From positions 1 to 53,958 of the forward strand of contig CBDUDB010000001.1 in assembly GCA_965365795.1 (NCBI GenBank): DNA of 53,958 bases, in the 5' to 3' direction. Within the stretch, counting starts at the first letter, position 1. The number at the start of each line of letters is the position of its first letter. Below are positions 1 through 8,891 of the stretch, one piece after another. The notes below the pieces were generated by a model that worked only from the letters and a program-made list of their open reading frames with translations, was not told the DNA's origin and ran no database searches. The position numbers and the translations under genes are program-made. The DNA is from an uncultured bacterium (GTDB lineage: Bacteria; Krumholzibacteriota; Krumholzibacteriia; LZORAL124-64-63).

Positions 1-513
1 GGCGGTCTGATGACCGTCTTCCACAATCACGATCTGGGTGTCGGGAAAATGTTCGGCCAGGAAATCGAGACCCCTGACCCTGCGGCGGGCCTGAATAACC
101 GGCCAACCGCTGGCCGTCAAGGACATGGCCATCAGGCGGGCTTCATCACCGGCCAGTACGTTGGTAGCCTCGATCTTTAGAGGCCCAGCCAGGGGAGATC
201 CGAAGCCCCGGGTCAAAACCGCACCCTCCCATCCGGCGGAGGCCAGGTCCTTTCCCAGGGCGGCCACTACCGGGGTTTTTCCCGTCCCTCCCATGGCCAG
301 GTTACCAATCGAAACGATGGCCGGGACAGGGCCCGGTTCTTGCCGGGCGGACACCCGGTGGGCCACGAAACGGTCCCCCATTGCGGCGGTCAAACGGGCG
401 GCCAGATTCGGTTTCGAGGGCGGATGATCCAGCTGGCCACGCACCCTGGAATCCTTTTTCCATAGGGACGACATCAGGCGCACGGAACGTGGCCGAAGAT
501 CCACAATCCGCAT
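1..513 (-). CDS. lpxK: Tetraacyldisaccharide 4'-kinase LpxK, N-terminal part (C-terminus lies beyond the window edge)
   Basis: Not in the ORF track because it runs off the window. Manual minus-strand translation from the ATG at 513..511 gives MRIVDLRPRS...PAIVSIGNLAMGGTGKTPVVAALGKDLASAGWEGAVLTRGFG. This is the LpxK N-terminus with the P-loop GGTGKTP. Its ATG shares one nucleotide with the stop of the upstream DUF374 gene (TGATG). Confidence 0.85.
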   Translation of the reverse strand, partial: MRIVDLRPRSVRLMSSLWKKDSRVRGQLDHPPSKPNLAARLTAAMGDRFVAHRVSARQEPGPVPAIVSIGNLAMGGTGKTPVVAALGKDLASAGWEGAVLTRGFGSPLAGPLKIEATNVLAGDEARLMAMSLTASGWPVIQARRRVRGLDFLAEHFPDTQIVIVEDGHQTA

Positions 514-1121
514 CACCCAACCTCCTGGACGCCAAAAAACTCAGCCAGATCGGCCTTGAACTTAATCAATTCCGTATCACCCGCGTTCGAGGGTATATGC
601 ATGACCGGTCCGATGTCCATGTGCACCTTGCGGAAGGGCACCGGCACCACGGTCCGGTCCCAGGTGTTGAGCACCAGGGGCTTGTCGGCCCGGGCCACCA
701 GGGGAACCACGGGGGCCCCTGTCATCCGTGCCAGATGGAGAACACCTTCACGGATGGACCCATAGGGTCCTTCGGGACCGTCGACCGCCAGACCCACGCT
801 ATGTCCTGTATGTATTTCCCGTCGCAACCTTACCAGGGCTCGCCGCCCGTCGTCGCCGGTGGCACCCCGTACGAACCGGTAATTTTTGGGATCCAGGGTC
901 TTGACGAGAATGTCCCCGTCAGGGGAGTCGCTCACCAGAAGGGCGGGCCGAGCACTGCGGACAAACATGATAGCCGGCAGGATATCGCGGTGCAGACAGG
1001 CGAAAATGAGCGGACCGGTCCCCATGTCACGAGAAGAGGCATACTCCCCCAGGCGGACGGTTAGCTTGAGAAATCGCCAGGCACCCGGAGCGAGGAAAAG
1101 CTTCCAGCGCTGGAGAGGCAT
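513..1121 (-). CDS. DUF374-type lysophospholipid acyltransferase-family protein
   Basis: 202-aa ORF. It carries the DUF374-like pattern SDSPDGDIL...RGATGDDGRRAL...GHSVGLAVDGPEGPYG...LARMTGAPVVPL. It is wedged between lpxB and lpxK with 1-nt spacing or overlap. Confidence 0.75.
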   Translation of the reverse strand: MPLQRWKLFLAPGAWRFLKLTVRLGEYASSRDMGTGPLIFACLHRDILPAIMFVRSARPALLVSDSPDGDILVKTLDPKNYRFVRGATGDDGRRALVRLRREIHTGHSVGLAVDGPEGPYGSIREGVLHLARMTGAPVVPLVARADKPLVLNTWDRTVVPVPFRKVHMDIGPVMHIPSNAGDTELIKFKADLAEFFGVQEVG

Positions 1122-1122
1122 G

Positions 1123-2328
1123 TCAAGAAGAGCTTTCGTCGGTTCCGACCCCGTGGCCGATTCCAGAACTGGGCATCATGTCCAGGATCGCTTGAGCAGT
1201 CCGGATCCACACGCCTTGCTGGCCGCACATTTGCCGGAGTCGGCGAACGTCCCCGTAGAATTCCTCCCGCTCGGACGGTCTGGCTATCCACCGCAACAGG
1301 TTGCGGGCCAAAGGAAGCGGCGAGGCCTGGTTCTGGACGTGCTCCCTGACCATTTGACGGCCCAGGATGATGTTGCTCAGGCCGATGTGCGTCGTTCGGA
1401 CCAATCGCCGTCCCAGGAACCCGTTCAGGGCACCGGTGCGGTATACCAACTCGTGGGGCACACCGGCCAGGGCCGCCTCCAGGCTGGCCGTTCCGCTGCA
1501 CACCAGAGCCAGATCGGACTCCGCCAAAAGGCGGGGCAAGGCCAGGTCGGTGATCTCCACCCCTGATTCAAAAACCGAACTGATAGCCACCGGGTCCACC
1601 CCCGGGGCCACGCTCACCACGAAGCGGACTTCGCGGTCGGGAAGATAACCGACGATAGCCTGGCAGGTAACCTTGAGTACGGGCAAAAGATGTTTCAATT
1701 CCTGCCGGCGGCTTCCAGGAAGAACGGCAATGGTCAGCCGGGAATCGCGGTCGCTCAAGTGAGATTCCCGTTTGGCCCACAAATCCTCGAAGGCGAAGTT
1801 CCCGCCATAGTCCTCCATCAAGGGATGACCCATGGGAAAAACATTGAAACCACGCTGATCGAAAAAACTCGTTTCGAAAGGAAGAATGGTGCCCAGACGG
1901 TCGATTTTCCTCCGAAATCCGGGAATTCGCCAGGCGCCCCATGCCCAGACCTGGGGAGCGATGAGCCAAAAAACGGGAAGGCCTGCCTTCTGAGCTCTGG
2001 AGGCCAGTTTACCGTTGAACCCGGGAAAATCGATGGGAACGACCAGATCCACACCCTGGTCATCCAAATGGTGCCAGATACGTCGGCGGACCTTAAGCAG
2101 GGTCGGCAAGGAGGCCACGACTTCGGAAAAACCCATGATGGCCAGTTCGGCCGAATCGGCGATCAACTCGGCCCCGGCCCGCGCCATGTCCGGGCCGCCG
2201 AGGGCGGAAATCCGGATATCCGGCACCAAAGATCGCAGAGCGGCCGTCAAGGCCGCTCCGTAACGATCTCCGCTGGCTTCGCCGCAGGATAGGAAAATGT
2301 GCCCGGTGGGCGCCGGAGACACGGTCAT
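1123..2328 (-). CDS. lpxB: Lipid-A-disaccharide synthase
   Basis: 401 aa. The N-terminus IFLSCGEASGDRYGA and the overall GT19 pattern (PDFPGFN, LPGSR, SGTASLE) match LpxB. It sits in the lipid A operon. Confidence 0.93.
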   Translation of the reverse strand: MTVSPAPTGHIFLSCGEASGDRYGAALTAALRSLVPDIRISALGGPDMARAGAELIADSAELAIMGFSEVVASLPTLLKVRRRIWHHLDDQGVDLVVPIDFPGFNGKLASRAQKAGLPVFWLIAPQVWAWGAWRIPGFRRKIDRLGTILPFETSFFDQRGFNVFPMGHPLMEDYGGNFAFEDLWAKRESHLSDRDSRLTIAVLPGSRRQELKHLLPVLKVTCQAIVGYLPDREVRFVVSVAPGVDPVAISSVFESGVEITDLALPRLLAESDLALVCSGTASLEAALAGVPHELVYRTGALNGFLGRRLVRTTHIGLSNIILGRQMVREHVQNQASPLPLARNLLRWIARPSEREEFYGDVRRLRQMCGQQGVWIRTAQAILDMMPSSGIGHGVGTDESSS

Positions 2329-2356
2329 TCAGCCTTTCCGGCCCGGACAGGGGTCG

Positions 2357-3178
2357 TCAACGTACGATCCCCCGGTCGGATCGGCGGATGAAAGCCATCA
2401 AGGTCTCGGTGTGCTTGGTCAGCTGGCAATCCGCGGCGATCCGTTCGACCGCCTGGGTAACGTTCAGACCCGAACGGTAGAGCAACCGGTAGGCCTTCTT
2501 CAGGATCCTCAGGTCATCATCGGAAAAACCATTGCGCTTCAGCCCGATGCTGTTGATCCCTCGCACTTCGACAGGACTTCCGGCCACCTTGATGAAAGGA
2601 GGTACGTCCTGCGAAAGGCGACTGGCCCCGCCAATAAAAGCGAAGGCCCCAATTCGAACGAACTGATGCACGGGGGTCAGGCCTCCGACGGTGGCATGCT
2701 CCCCCACCTCCACGTGCCCGGCAAGATTCACAGCGTTCGCCAGAACACAATGGTCATGAATATGACAGTTGTGGGCGATGTGCGCGTAGGCCATCAGGAG
2801 ATTGTTGTCGCCGATTCGTGTCTGATCGCCTTCGCCAGTGGCCAGGTGAACCGTGCAGTATTCGCGGAAGTCGTTGTTGTCTCCGATCTCCAGAAAAGTC
2901 GTTTCGCCGCCGAATTTTTTGTCCTGGGGTTCGCAGCCGATGGCCGCGCCGTGGAAGAACCGGTTGTTACTGCCGATGGTCGTCCGACCTTCAATCAGGA
3001 CAGACGTTCCCACCACGCAGTCGGGTCCCATCACAACGTCCGGGCCGATCACCGAATGGGGACCGATCTTGACATTGTGTCCGATACGAGCCCCTGGATG
3101 CACCACCGCTGTGGGGTGAATCTCCGGTTCGCTGACGGCTCTGGGACCGAAAACCTTGTTGATCTTCATCGGGTCCAA
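2357..3178 (-). CDS. lpxA: Acyl-ACP--UDP-GlcNAc O-acyltransferase
   Basis: 273 aa with hexapeptide-repeat left-handed beta-helix sequence (IHPTAVVHPGARIGHNVKIGPHSVIGP...) and the LpxA C-terminal helical domain. The start is TTG, preceded by AAGGAGG six nt upstream. Confidence 0.93.
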   Translation of the reverse strand: MDPMKINKVFGPRAVSEPEIHPTAVVHPGARIGHNVKIGPHSVIGPDVVMGPDCVVGTSVLIEGRTTIGSNNRFFHGAAIGCEPQDKKFGGETTFLEIGDNNDFREYCTVHLATGEGDQTRIGDNNLLMAYAHIAHNCHIHDHCVLANAVNLAGHVEVGEHATVGGLTPVHQFVRIGAFAFIGGASRLSQDVPPFIKVAGSPVEVRGINSIGLKRNGFSDDDLRILKKAYRLLYRSGLNVTQAVERIAADCQLTKHTETLMAFIRRSDRGIVR

Positions 3179-3203
3179 GATATTCCTCCTTATGGGTGGT
3201 GGA

Positions 3204-4517
3204 TCAACTCTCCACCACGTTCGACATGAGATCCGCCTCGGCTACCCTACGGTCGCCGACCCAAGCGGTTCCATGCATCTTGCAAAGAGTACCTCGCAAC
3301 TTATTCATCACCAATTCAAACCTGAGCTGGTCACCGGGGGTAACCGGCTGCCGGAAGCGGGCGTTGTCGATCCCACTGAAGTACACGATCTTGCCCTTGG
3401 GATCCTCGAAACCGCTCATCAGCAGCACACCACCGATCTGGGCCATGGCTTCGATGATCAGCACCGCGGGCATGATCGGATGCCCCGGGAAATGCCCCTG
3501 GAAAAAAGGTTCGTTGATGGTCACGTTCTTTATGCCGGACACCTTCTTGCCGGGCTCCAGATCAAAAATCCGGTCCACCAAGAGGAAGGGGTAGCGGTGG
3601 GGCATGATTTCCATGATGGAACCAATGTCCCAGAATTCAGGGGTCCGCGGCGGATAAACACGCGGCATCTTGCGCTCGGCCTTGGCAAGCATGCGGGTGA
3701 ATTCCACGTTGCCGGCGTGGCCCGACAGCTTTGCGGTTACGTGGCCCTTGATCGGCATACCCAGAAGGGTCAAATCCCCCAGGAGATCCAGGATTTTGTG
3801 GCGCACACATTCATCGACAAAACGCAGCTTCTGCCCGCCGGCCAGTTCGCCATCATCGAAGACCAGGGCGTTTTCAAAGGAACCGCCCTTGGCCAGACCC
3901 TGCTCCTGGAGCCGGGCCACATCCTTCATCATGGCGAAAGTCCGGGCCGGGGCAATTTCTTCACGGTAAGTGGTTGGATGGATTTGGAAGGTGGAGTGCT
4001 GGACCCCGATCTTGGGATCTTCGTAGTCGATGGAAAAGGAAATGGTAAAATGCTCGGCGGGTATGGCGGTCAGTTCCACATCCCCCTGCCGCCAGGACAC
4101 GGGCCGGTTGACCTTGTAGTAAACCGCCGGCAAACCTTGGGCCTCGACGCCGGCCTCGTCGATCATCGCCACGTAGGAAAGGGCGCTCGCGCAAGCGGGC
4201 ACCGGAGGTTCTCCCCCTTCGAGCCGGATCAGGCAATTGGTGATGCCCATCCCGGCCAGCCCGGACAGGACGTGCTCCACGGTGTGGATGGTCACCCCAT
4301 CCTTCGAAAGGGTGGTTGAGCGAACCAGGCTGCAATCCTCGGCGACGTTTTCCACCAGGGCGGAGATCCTGACTTCGCCTTCAGGGCCCGGCACGACGAA
4401 CACCAGCCCGGTATTGGGCGGTGCCGGAACGAAGGTCATGCGGGCGAGCTTACCTGAGTGGAGACCCAGGCCCTCGGTGGACACTTCCTTCTTCAAGGTT
4501 TTTTGGAACCAGAGCAC
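3204..4517 (-). CDS. lpxC/fabZ: Bifunctional UDP-3-O-acyl-GlcNAc deacetylase / 3-hydroxyacyl-ACP dehydratase (LpxC-FabZ fusion)
   Basis: 437 aa. The N-terminal LpxC part includes GLGLHSG and HTVEH. The C-terminal FabZ hot-dog part includes IMEIMPHRYPFLLVDRI...INEPFFQGHFPGHPIMPAVLIIEAMAQ. GTG start. Confidence 0.93.
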   Translation of the reverse strand: MLWFQKTLKKEVSTEGLGLHSGKLARMTFVPAPPNTGLVFVVPGPEGEVRISALVENVAEDCSLVRSTTLSKDGVTIHTVEHVLSGLAGMGITNCLIRLEGGEPPVPACASALSYVAMIDEAGVEAQGLPAVYYKVNRPVSWRQGDVELTAIPAEHFTISFSIDYEDPKIGVQHSTFQIHPTTYREEIAPARTFAMMKDVARLQEQGLAKGGSFENALVFDDGELAGGQKLRFVDECVRHKILDLLGDLTLLGMPIKGHVTAKLSGHAGNVEFTRMLAKAERKMPRVYPPRTPEFWDIGSIMEIMPHRYPFLLVDRIFDLEPGKKVSGIKNVTINEPFFQGHFPGHPIMPAVLIIEAMAQIGGVLLMSGFEDPKGKIVYFSGIDNARFRQPVTPGDQLRFELVMNKLRGTLCKMHGTAWVGDRRVAEADLMSNVVES

Positions 4518-4522
4518 CTGAT

Positions 4523-5569
4523 CTACCCCTGATCCTGGCTATCATCGCCGGATCGTCCCCTGGAATCCTTTTCCAGGCGGCTGACCCGACGCAACAATTC
4601 CGGAAGTTTGCGCAAAGCCGCGAACATCCGAAAGGATTCGTTTAGTTCGAGGGCCGGGGTGCCGAATATCGCCTGCCCGGCGGGGACGTCGTTGATGATC
4701 CCCGACTGGGCCCCGATCTTCGCACCTGGGCCAATCTTCAAATGATCCGCAATGCCCACCTGACCGCCGGTGAAAACACCGTCCTCAAGGGTCGAACTGC
4801 CCGCGACTCCCGTCTGGGCACTCAATGAACACGCCTTGCCAATTTTGGCATTGTGACCGATCTGGACGAGATTGTCGATCTTGGATCCGGCCTGCACCAA
4901 GGTGCGGCCGGTGGTGGCCCTATCGATGCAGGAACCGGCCCCGATCTCCACGTCGTCCTGGATCTCGACCACGCCAACCTGGGGAATCTTGCGAATCCCC
5001 TGGCTGGAAGGAAAATACCCGAATCCGTCGGAACCGATCACCACTCCTGTATGGACGATGACCCGGTCCCCCAGGATACACCCCTCGCGAATGGTGACGC
5101 GCGGGTAAATCAAGGCCTCTCGGCCCACCGTGACGTCGCATCCCAGGATCACGTGGGATCCCAGGCGGCTTCCAGCGCCGATCCGGGCGCCAGGACCGAT
5201 CACGCAATAGGGACCGATAGAGGTCGCGGCCTGGACCTCGGCCTCGGGGTCAACCACGGCCGTGGCATGGATTCCGGGGGGCCAGACCCGATCTCGATCC
5301 GTCAGAAATCGCTCCAGAAAGGTGGCGAAGGCCTCATAGGGGTCATTTACCCGGATGGCCGGTCGGTCCACCTCTTGATCCGGGCCGATGATGACCGCCG
5401 TAGCCCGTGAGGACTCCAGGGCCTGGCTGAGCTTCTTCCGGGCCACAAAGGTCAAGTCCCCGGGACCCGCCTCTTCAAGACCCGCCGCCCCGGTGATCTC
5501 CGGATCGGCAGAACCAACCAATTCACCACCCAGCAGGTCGGCGACTTCACTCAGACGGAGTGTTTCCAT
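4523..5569 (-). CDS. lpxD: UDP-3-O-acylglucosamine N-acyltransferase
   Basis: LpxD N-terminal domain followed by hexapeptide repeats. I prefer the ATG at 5569 (METLRLSEVADLLGG...). The ORF-track start at 5590 is a TTG seven codons upstream, and the choice of start is uncertain. Confidence 0.9.
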   Translation of the reverse strand: METLRLSEVADLLGGELVGSADPEITGAAGLEEAGPGDLTFVARKKLSQALESSRATAVIIGPDQEVDRPAIRVNDPYEAFATFLERFLTDRDRVWPPGIHATAVVDPEAEVQAATSIGPYCVIGPGARIGAGSRLGSHVILGCDVTVGREALIYPRVTIREGCILGDRVIVHTGVVIGSDGFGYFPSSQGIRKIPQVGVVEIQDDVEIGAGSCIDRATTGRTLVQAGSKIDNLVQIGHNAKIGKACSLSAQTGVAGSSTLEDGVFTGGQVGIADHLKIGPGAKIGAQSGIINDVPAGQAIFGTPALELNESFRMFAALRKLPELLRRVSRLEKDSRGRSGDDSQDQG

Positions 5570-5648
5570 GCTCGTTTCCGTGTTATGCAACCGCCCCCCG
5601 TCCCAATGGCCGGGGGGCTAAGTGCGGTTTCCTGCTGAGAATAAACAA

Positions 5649-5676
5649 ATTTCACCACATGCTCATTCCCTGTCAA
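5649..5676 (-). promoter_or_regulatory. Candidate sigma-70 promoter in front of lpxD (TTGACA-N16-TGGTGAAAT, extended -10)
   Basis: On the minus strand there is a perfect TTGACA at 5676..5671, then a 16-nt spacer, then TGAAAT at 5654..5649 preceded by TGG. It lies in the 101-bp skp-lpxD spacer. Sequence match only. Confidence 0.4.
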
Positions 5677-5691
5677 CAAAAATCAGGGCGG

Positions 5692-6246
5692 TCAATCGTC
5701 ACCCCGGGCCAGCGCGGCGAGCACGTCATTGGTCAAATCGTAGGACGAATCGATGTAAAGAACGGCCAGGGCCGCTGAATCCACGATCACCCCGTAGTTC
5801 TTTTCCTTGCCGATCCTCTCCACAATGGTCTTGATCTGATCGAGGATGGGCGTGATCTGGGCCTTGTACTCGGCCTCGGCACGCTGATCGATACCCTCGC
5901 GGAATTCAAAGTATTCAGCCCTTTTTTTCTCGAAGGCCTGCATCTTGGTTGCCAGGGCGTCTTCACCCAGCAGCATTTTCTGGCTTTCGATCTCCTCGGC
6001 CAGGGACTGCAGTTCCTTTTCCCTGTCGGCTACCTCGAGTTCCAATTCACGGAGGTACTTCTGGTACTTCTCCTGGGCATCGCGGGCGGCTTCATATTCT
6101 TCGGCTATCCGCTGGGAATCCACCACCGCCAAGGGGAGATCATCCGCGGCGCCGGCTGGGCCGGCTGGACCGGCAACCAAGCCCAGGCCCAAACCCAGCA
6201 GGGCAAAAGACCACCCAATGCGACGCAAGTGGTTGAGATTCTGCAT
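5692..6246 (-). CDS. skp: Periplasmic chaperone Skp/OmpH family
   Basis: 184 aa with a signal peptide, then a coiled-coil Lys/Glu-rich OmpH-like sequence. It occupies the canonical position between bamA and lpxD. Confidence 0.85.
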   Translation of the reverse strand: MQNLNHLRRIGWSFALLGLGLGLVAGPAGPAGAADDLPLAVVDSQRIAEEYEAARDAQEKYQKYLRELELEVADREKELQSLAEEIESQKMLLGEDALATKMQAFEKKRAEYFEFREGIDQRAEAEYKAQITPILDQIKTIVERIGKEKNYGVIVDSAALAVLYIDSSYDLTNDVLAALARGDD

Positions 6247-6308
6247 TTTATTCCTCCGATTTCCATGAAACCCAGTTTGGGCCGCGATTTTCTTGGGCTA
6301 GATGCCCG

Positions 6309-8615
6309 CTAGAAGAAATTGCCAATGGTGAAATGGGGTTCCCAGCGCGGGCCCCCAAACCTATCGAAACCATACCCGTAATCAAACCCGATAGTTCCCA
6401 TCATGGGAACCTCGACTCTGATCCCGAAGCCCGCACCCTTCCGCAGGTGGGCCAGATCCGCTTCACTGAAGCTGTTCCAGACATCACCCATATCCAGAAA
6501 GGTGAGAAGCTGGATGGCCTTGGTCAAGGGGTACAGAATCTCCGTATTGAAGATGCTGAAAAACCGTCCGCCGATGAAGGTCGGATTGCCTCGGGGCACG
6601 ACCTCCAGGTCCTTGTAACCACGAAGGGGGAACCGACGGTTGCCGCCCAGACGGTAACGCTCCCAGTCGGGGACATCGTTGGCGGCGTTCAACCCGTGCA
6701 AGAATCCGAAAAAGCCCCTCAGGTGGAGAGCAAATCCCCCCGGGAGCCTCTGGTAATAGGAATGGGACAGCATGTGTTCCTGGAACTCGATTTCCCCGCC
6801 GAGAGGGCCACCGGCCAGCTCGAAACTGTACAGGGATTTCGACCCGGCCGTGGGGAAAAACGGGTTGTCGGTCGAATTCCTGTTGAACGTGGCCCGGATG
6901 CTGCTTTTGAGCTGGGGCCATTCGATCTCGTCCAGACGCTGCCAGGGCAAATCGCTGGACCCGAGGCTCTCTTCCAGGTCGTCCAGGAAAGCGGTGTAGG
7001 AAGGGCTGAAATTGCCCAACCGGGTCTGGGACAGTTCGTAGCGTAAACCTACGCGACTGTATCTGGTCCCCGGGATCCTTCGACCCAGCCGAACACTGAA
7101 ACCCCGGATCCGGCTCTCGTAAAAATCATCGAAGTTGTACTGGTAACGGTCGAACAGGTCAGCCCCGATCAGGGTGGGCGTGCCCATGAACCAGGGTTCG
7201 GTAAAACTGATATCCACGTACCGCTGCCGGCTGCCGAACTGCCAGGTCAGGCCCAGGTTCTGACCCTTGCCCTGGAAATTCGTCTCGGCCACCTGGATGA
7301 AACCGCTGGCGGATGTCTCGGCGCTGTAGGCCATGCCGAACATGAACTGTCCGGTCTGCTTCTCTTTGACCTTGAGGATCATGTCCACGTCGCCGTTGGG
7401 CACCGGCCGGATGTCGGGCTGGACATCCTCGAAGAAGCCGGTCTGGAATATGTCCCGCATGGTGGCCTGGATGCGCGTGTTGCTGAAGGTGTCACCCGGA
7501 AAGGTTCTCATCTCGCGGATGATCACCTTGTCGTAAGTCTTGGTGTTGCCGCTGATCTGGATGTCGTGGATTTTGGCGGGTTGTCCTTCGATGAAGGTGA
7601 AATCCACGTTGACCGTCTGGTCCACGATATCCCTTTGGGGTTCCACCGTGATATATATATATCCCCGGTCGGCGTAGATCTGCTGCAGGTTGGCAAGGGT
7701 TTCGAGGTATTCATCCTCCTTGAAGACCTCGCCATTCTCCAGCCAGATCATGTCCGCAATGACCAGGTCGTCAAAGACGGTATTTCCTTTCCAGTTGATA
7801 TCCCCGATGAAGTACTGCTCGCCTTCGGTGAGATGCAGAACCAGATCCAGTTTTTCTTTGTCCTCGCGGAAATTCAATTCCACGTCGGTCACGGCGGCAT
7901 CGAGATAGCCTTCGTTACGGCAGTAGGAGACTATTCTTTCCCGGTCTTCCTCGAATTGCTGTTTCTTGAACGTGCCGCTACGCAGGAAACCCTTGGTGCC
8001 CTGCTCCATGGCGCCGCGCAGGTCCCCTTCAGCCAATTGGCTGTTGCCGACAAAGGAAATGGTCTGGACCTTGACCTTTTTGCCCTCAACGACGGAAATC
8101 ACCATGTCTTCCATGTTGTTGGCGTCCACCACGGTCGAGTCGGTATGGATGGCCACGTTGTAGTAGCCTTTTTCGTAATAGAGATCGCGTAGGGGTTTCA
8201 ATTCGCGTCGCGTGACCGCGGGATTGGCGAACTGCCCCACATGCAGAGGAAAGGCGGCTCGCAGATCCTTTTCCTTTACCTTTCGGTTCCCCTCGAACCG
8301 GATGGTCCTGATGCGGGGAAACTCCTGCAGGTTGATGATGAGCTTGACGCCCTCGGGGATGTCCTGCTGATAGATGAAGACGTTGGAAAATTTTTGAGTG
8401 GCAAAAAGATCGCGGATTCCCAGCGACACGGCTTCGCGGGAAAAGGTCGTGCCGGCTTCCAGGCCGGACCAGGCCAGGACCTGGCGGGAGCCAACGGTCA
8501 GGGCCCCGACAACTTCTATTTCGGCGATGGTCGCAGATCCGGTGGTCTGGGCTTGAGCATCGCACAAGATGCCCAGGCCCAGAACAACGGACCAGATGAT
8601 CGCTAGACGTCTCAT
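6309..8615 (-). CDS. bamA: Outer membrane protein assembly factor BamA
   Basis: POTRA repeats followed by a C-terminal Omp85 barrel ending ...HFTIGNFF. I place the start at the internal Met (MRRLAIIWSVVLGLGILCDAQAQ, a signal peptide) rather than at the 33-codon-longer ORF-track start. Confidence 0.92.
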   Translation of the reverse strand: MRRLAIIWSVVLGLGILCDAQAQTTGSATIAEIEVVGALTVGSRQVLAWSGLEAGTTFSREAVSLGIRDLFATQKFSNVFIYQQDIPEGVKLIINLQEFPRIRTIRFEGNRKVKEKDLRAAFPLHVGQFANPAVTRRELKPLRDLYYEKGYYNVAIHTDSTVVDANNMEDMVISVVEGKKVKVQTISFVGNSQLAEGDLRGAMEQGTKGFLRSGTFKKQQFEEDRERIVSYCRNEGYLDAAVTDVELNFREDKEKLDLVLHLTEGEQYFIGDINWKGNTVFDDLVIADMIWLENGEVFKEDEYLETLANLQQIYADRGYIYITVEPQRDIVDQTVNVDFTFIEGQPAKIHDIQISGNTKTYDKVIIREMRTFPGDTFSNTRIQATMRDIFQTGFFEDVQPDIRPVPNGDVDMILKVKEKQTGQFMFGMAYSAETSASGFIQVAETNFQGKGQNLGLTWQFGSRQRYVDISFTEPWFMGTPTLIGADLFDRYQYNFDDFYESRIRGFSVRLGRRIPGTRYSRVGLRYELSQTRLGNFSPSYTAFLDDLEESLGSSDLPWQRLDEIEWPQLKSSIRATFNRNSTDNPFFPTAGSKSLYSFELAGGPLGGEIEFQEHMLSHSYYQRLPGGFALHLRGFFGFLHGLNAANDVPDWERYRLGGNRRFPLRGYKDLEVVPRGNPTFIGGRFFSIFNTEILYPLTKAIQLLTFLDMGDVWNSFSEADLAHLRKGAGFGIRVEVPMMGTIGFDYGYGFDRFGGPRWEPHFTIGNFF

Positions 8616-8679
8616 ATTTGGCGTCTCATATCCGGAAACGTGCTCTCCCGGGAACGGGTCCATACTGGAAAACCGCGGC

Positions 8680-8708
8680 ATCTTACCACCGGGGTTGTGG
8701 GGTATCAA
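8680..8708 (-). promoter_or_regulatory. Candidate sigma-70 promoter for bamA (TTGATA-N17-TGGTAAGAT, extended -10)
   Basis: On the minus strand, TTGATA lies at 8708..8703, followed by a 17-nt spacer ending in TGG, then TAAGAT at 8685..8680. This is about 65 nt upstream of the bamA ATG. The same TGGT-R-A-N-AT form occurs at two other intergenic sites (5649, 51281). Confidence 0.4.
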
Positions 8709-8891
8709 CGGCAAACCGTGATGTTACAGGGGTAGGTATTGGCCCTGACGAGCCGATCTGGTCATCCTACCCGCCTCCATGCGGGAAGTTCCCGGACAGA
8801 TGGAGCACCTTCAGGCTGCTGCGCAAAAATAGGAAAACCAACGGGATAAGGGAAGTTCCGAATTGTTGAAACCAGGTGGAGGGCAGAATCT

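Noticed and set aside
5594-5617. A GC hairpin CCCCCCG-N10-CGGGGGG just upstream of the lpxD start, considered as an attenuator or terminator.
   Set aside because: There is no U-tract, and the lpxD start codon (5569 vs 5590) is uncertain. It may simply be 5'-UTR structure, and the evidence is insufficient to call a regulatory element.
8616-8714. N-terminal extensions offered by the longest-ORF track. Affected genes: bamA, clpC (to 11579), lon (to 46767), hsp20 (to 47286), accB (to 30960), accC (to 28873), aroQ (to 32411), ACAD (to 34541), the PhzF-like gene (to 35578), the hypothetical protein (to 23651) and the winged-helix protein (to 51237).
   Set aside because: The extensions overlap the upstream gene or lack homology. 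Internal starts give canonical N-termini or signal peptides, often with a Shine-Dalgarno sequence at proper spacing.
8745-8752. CTGACGAG on the plus strand inside a stem-loop, resembling the hammerhead ribozyme CUGAnGA core.
   Set aside because: There is no matching GAAA box, no cleavage-site helix and no three-way junction. It is an isolated 8-mer match.
8783-8859. Interpreting the two GGAACTT motifs as bona fide sigma-E promoters of bamA.
   Set aside because: Neither copy has a TCNAA or CGT-type -10 at 16-17 nt. They are kept only as an open question in the findings, not as promoter features.
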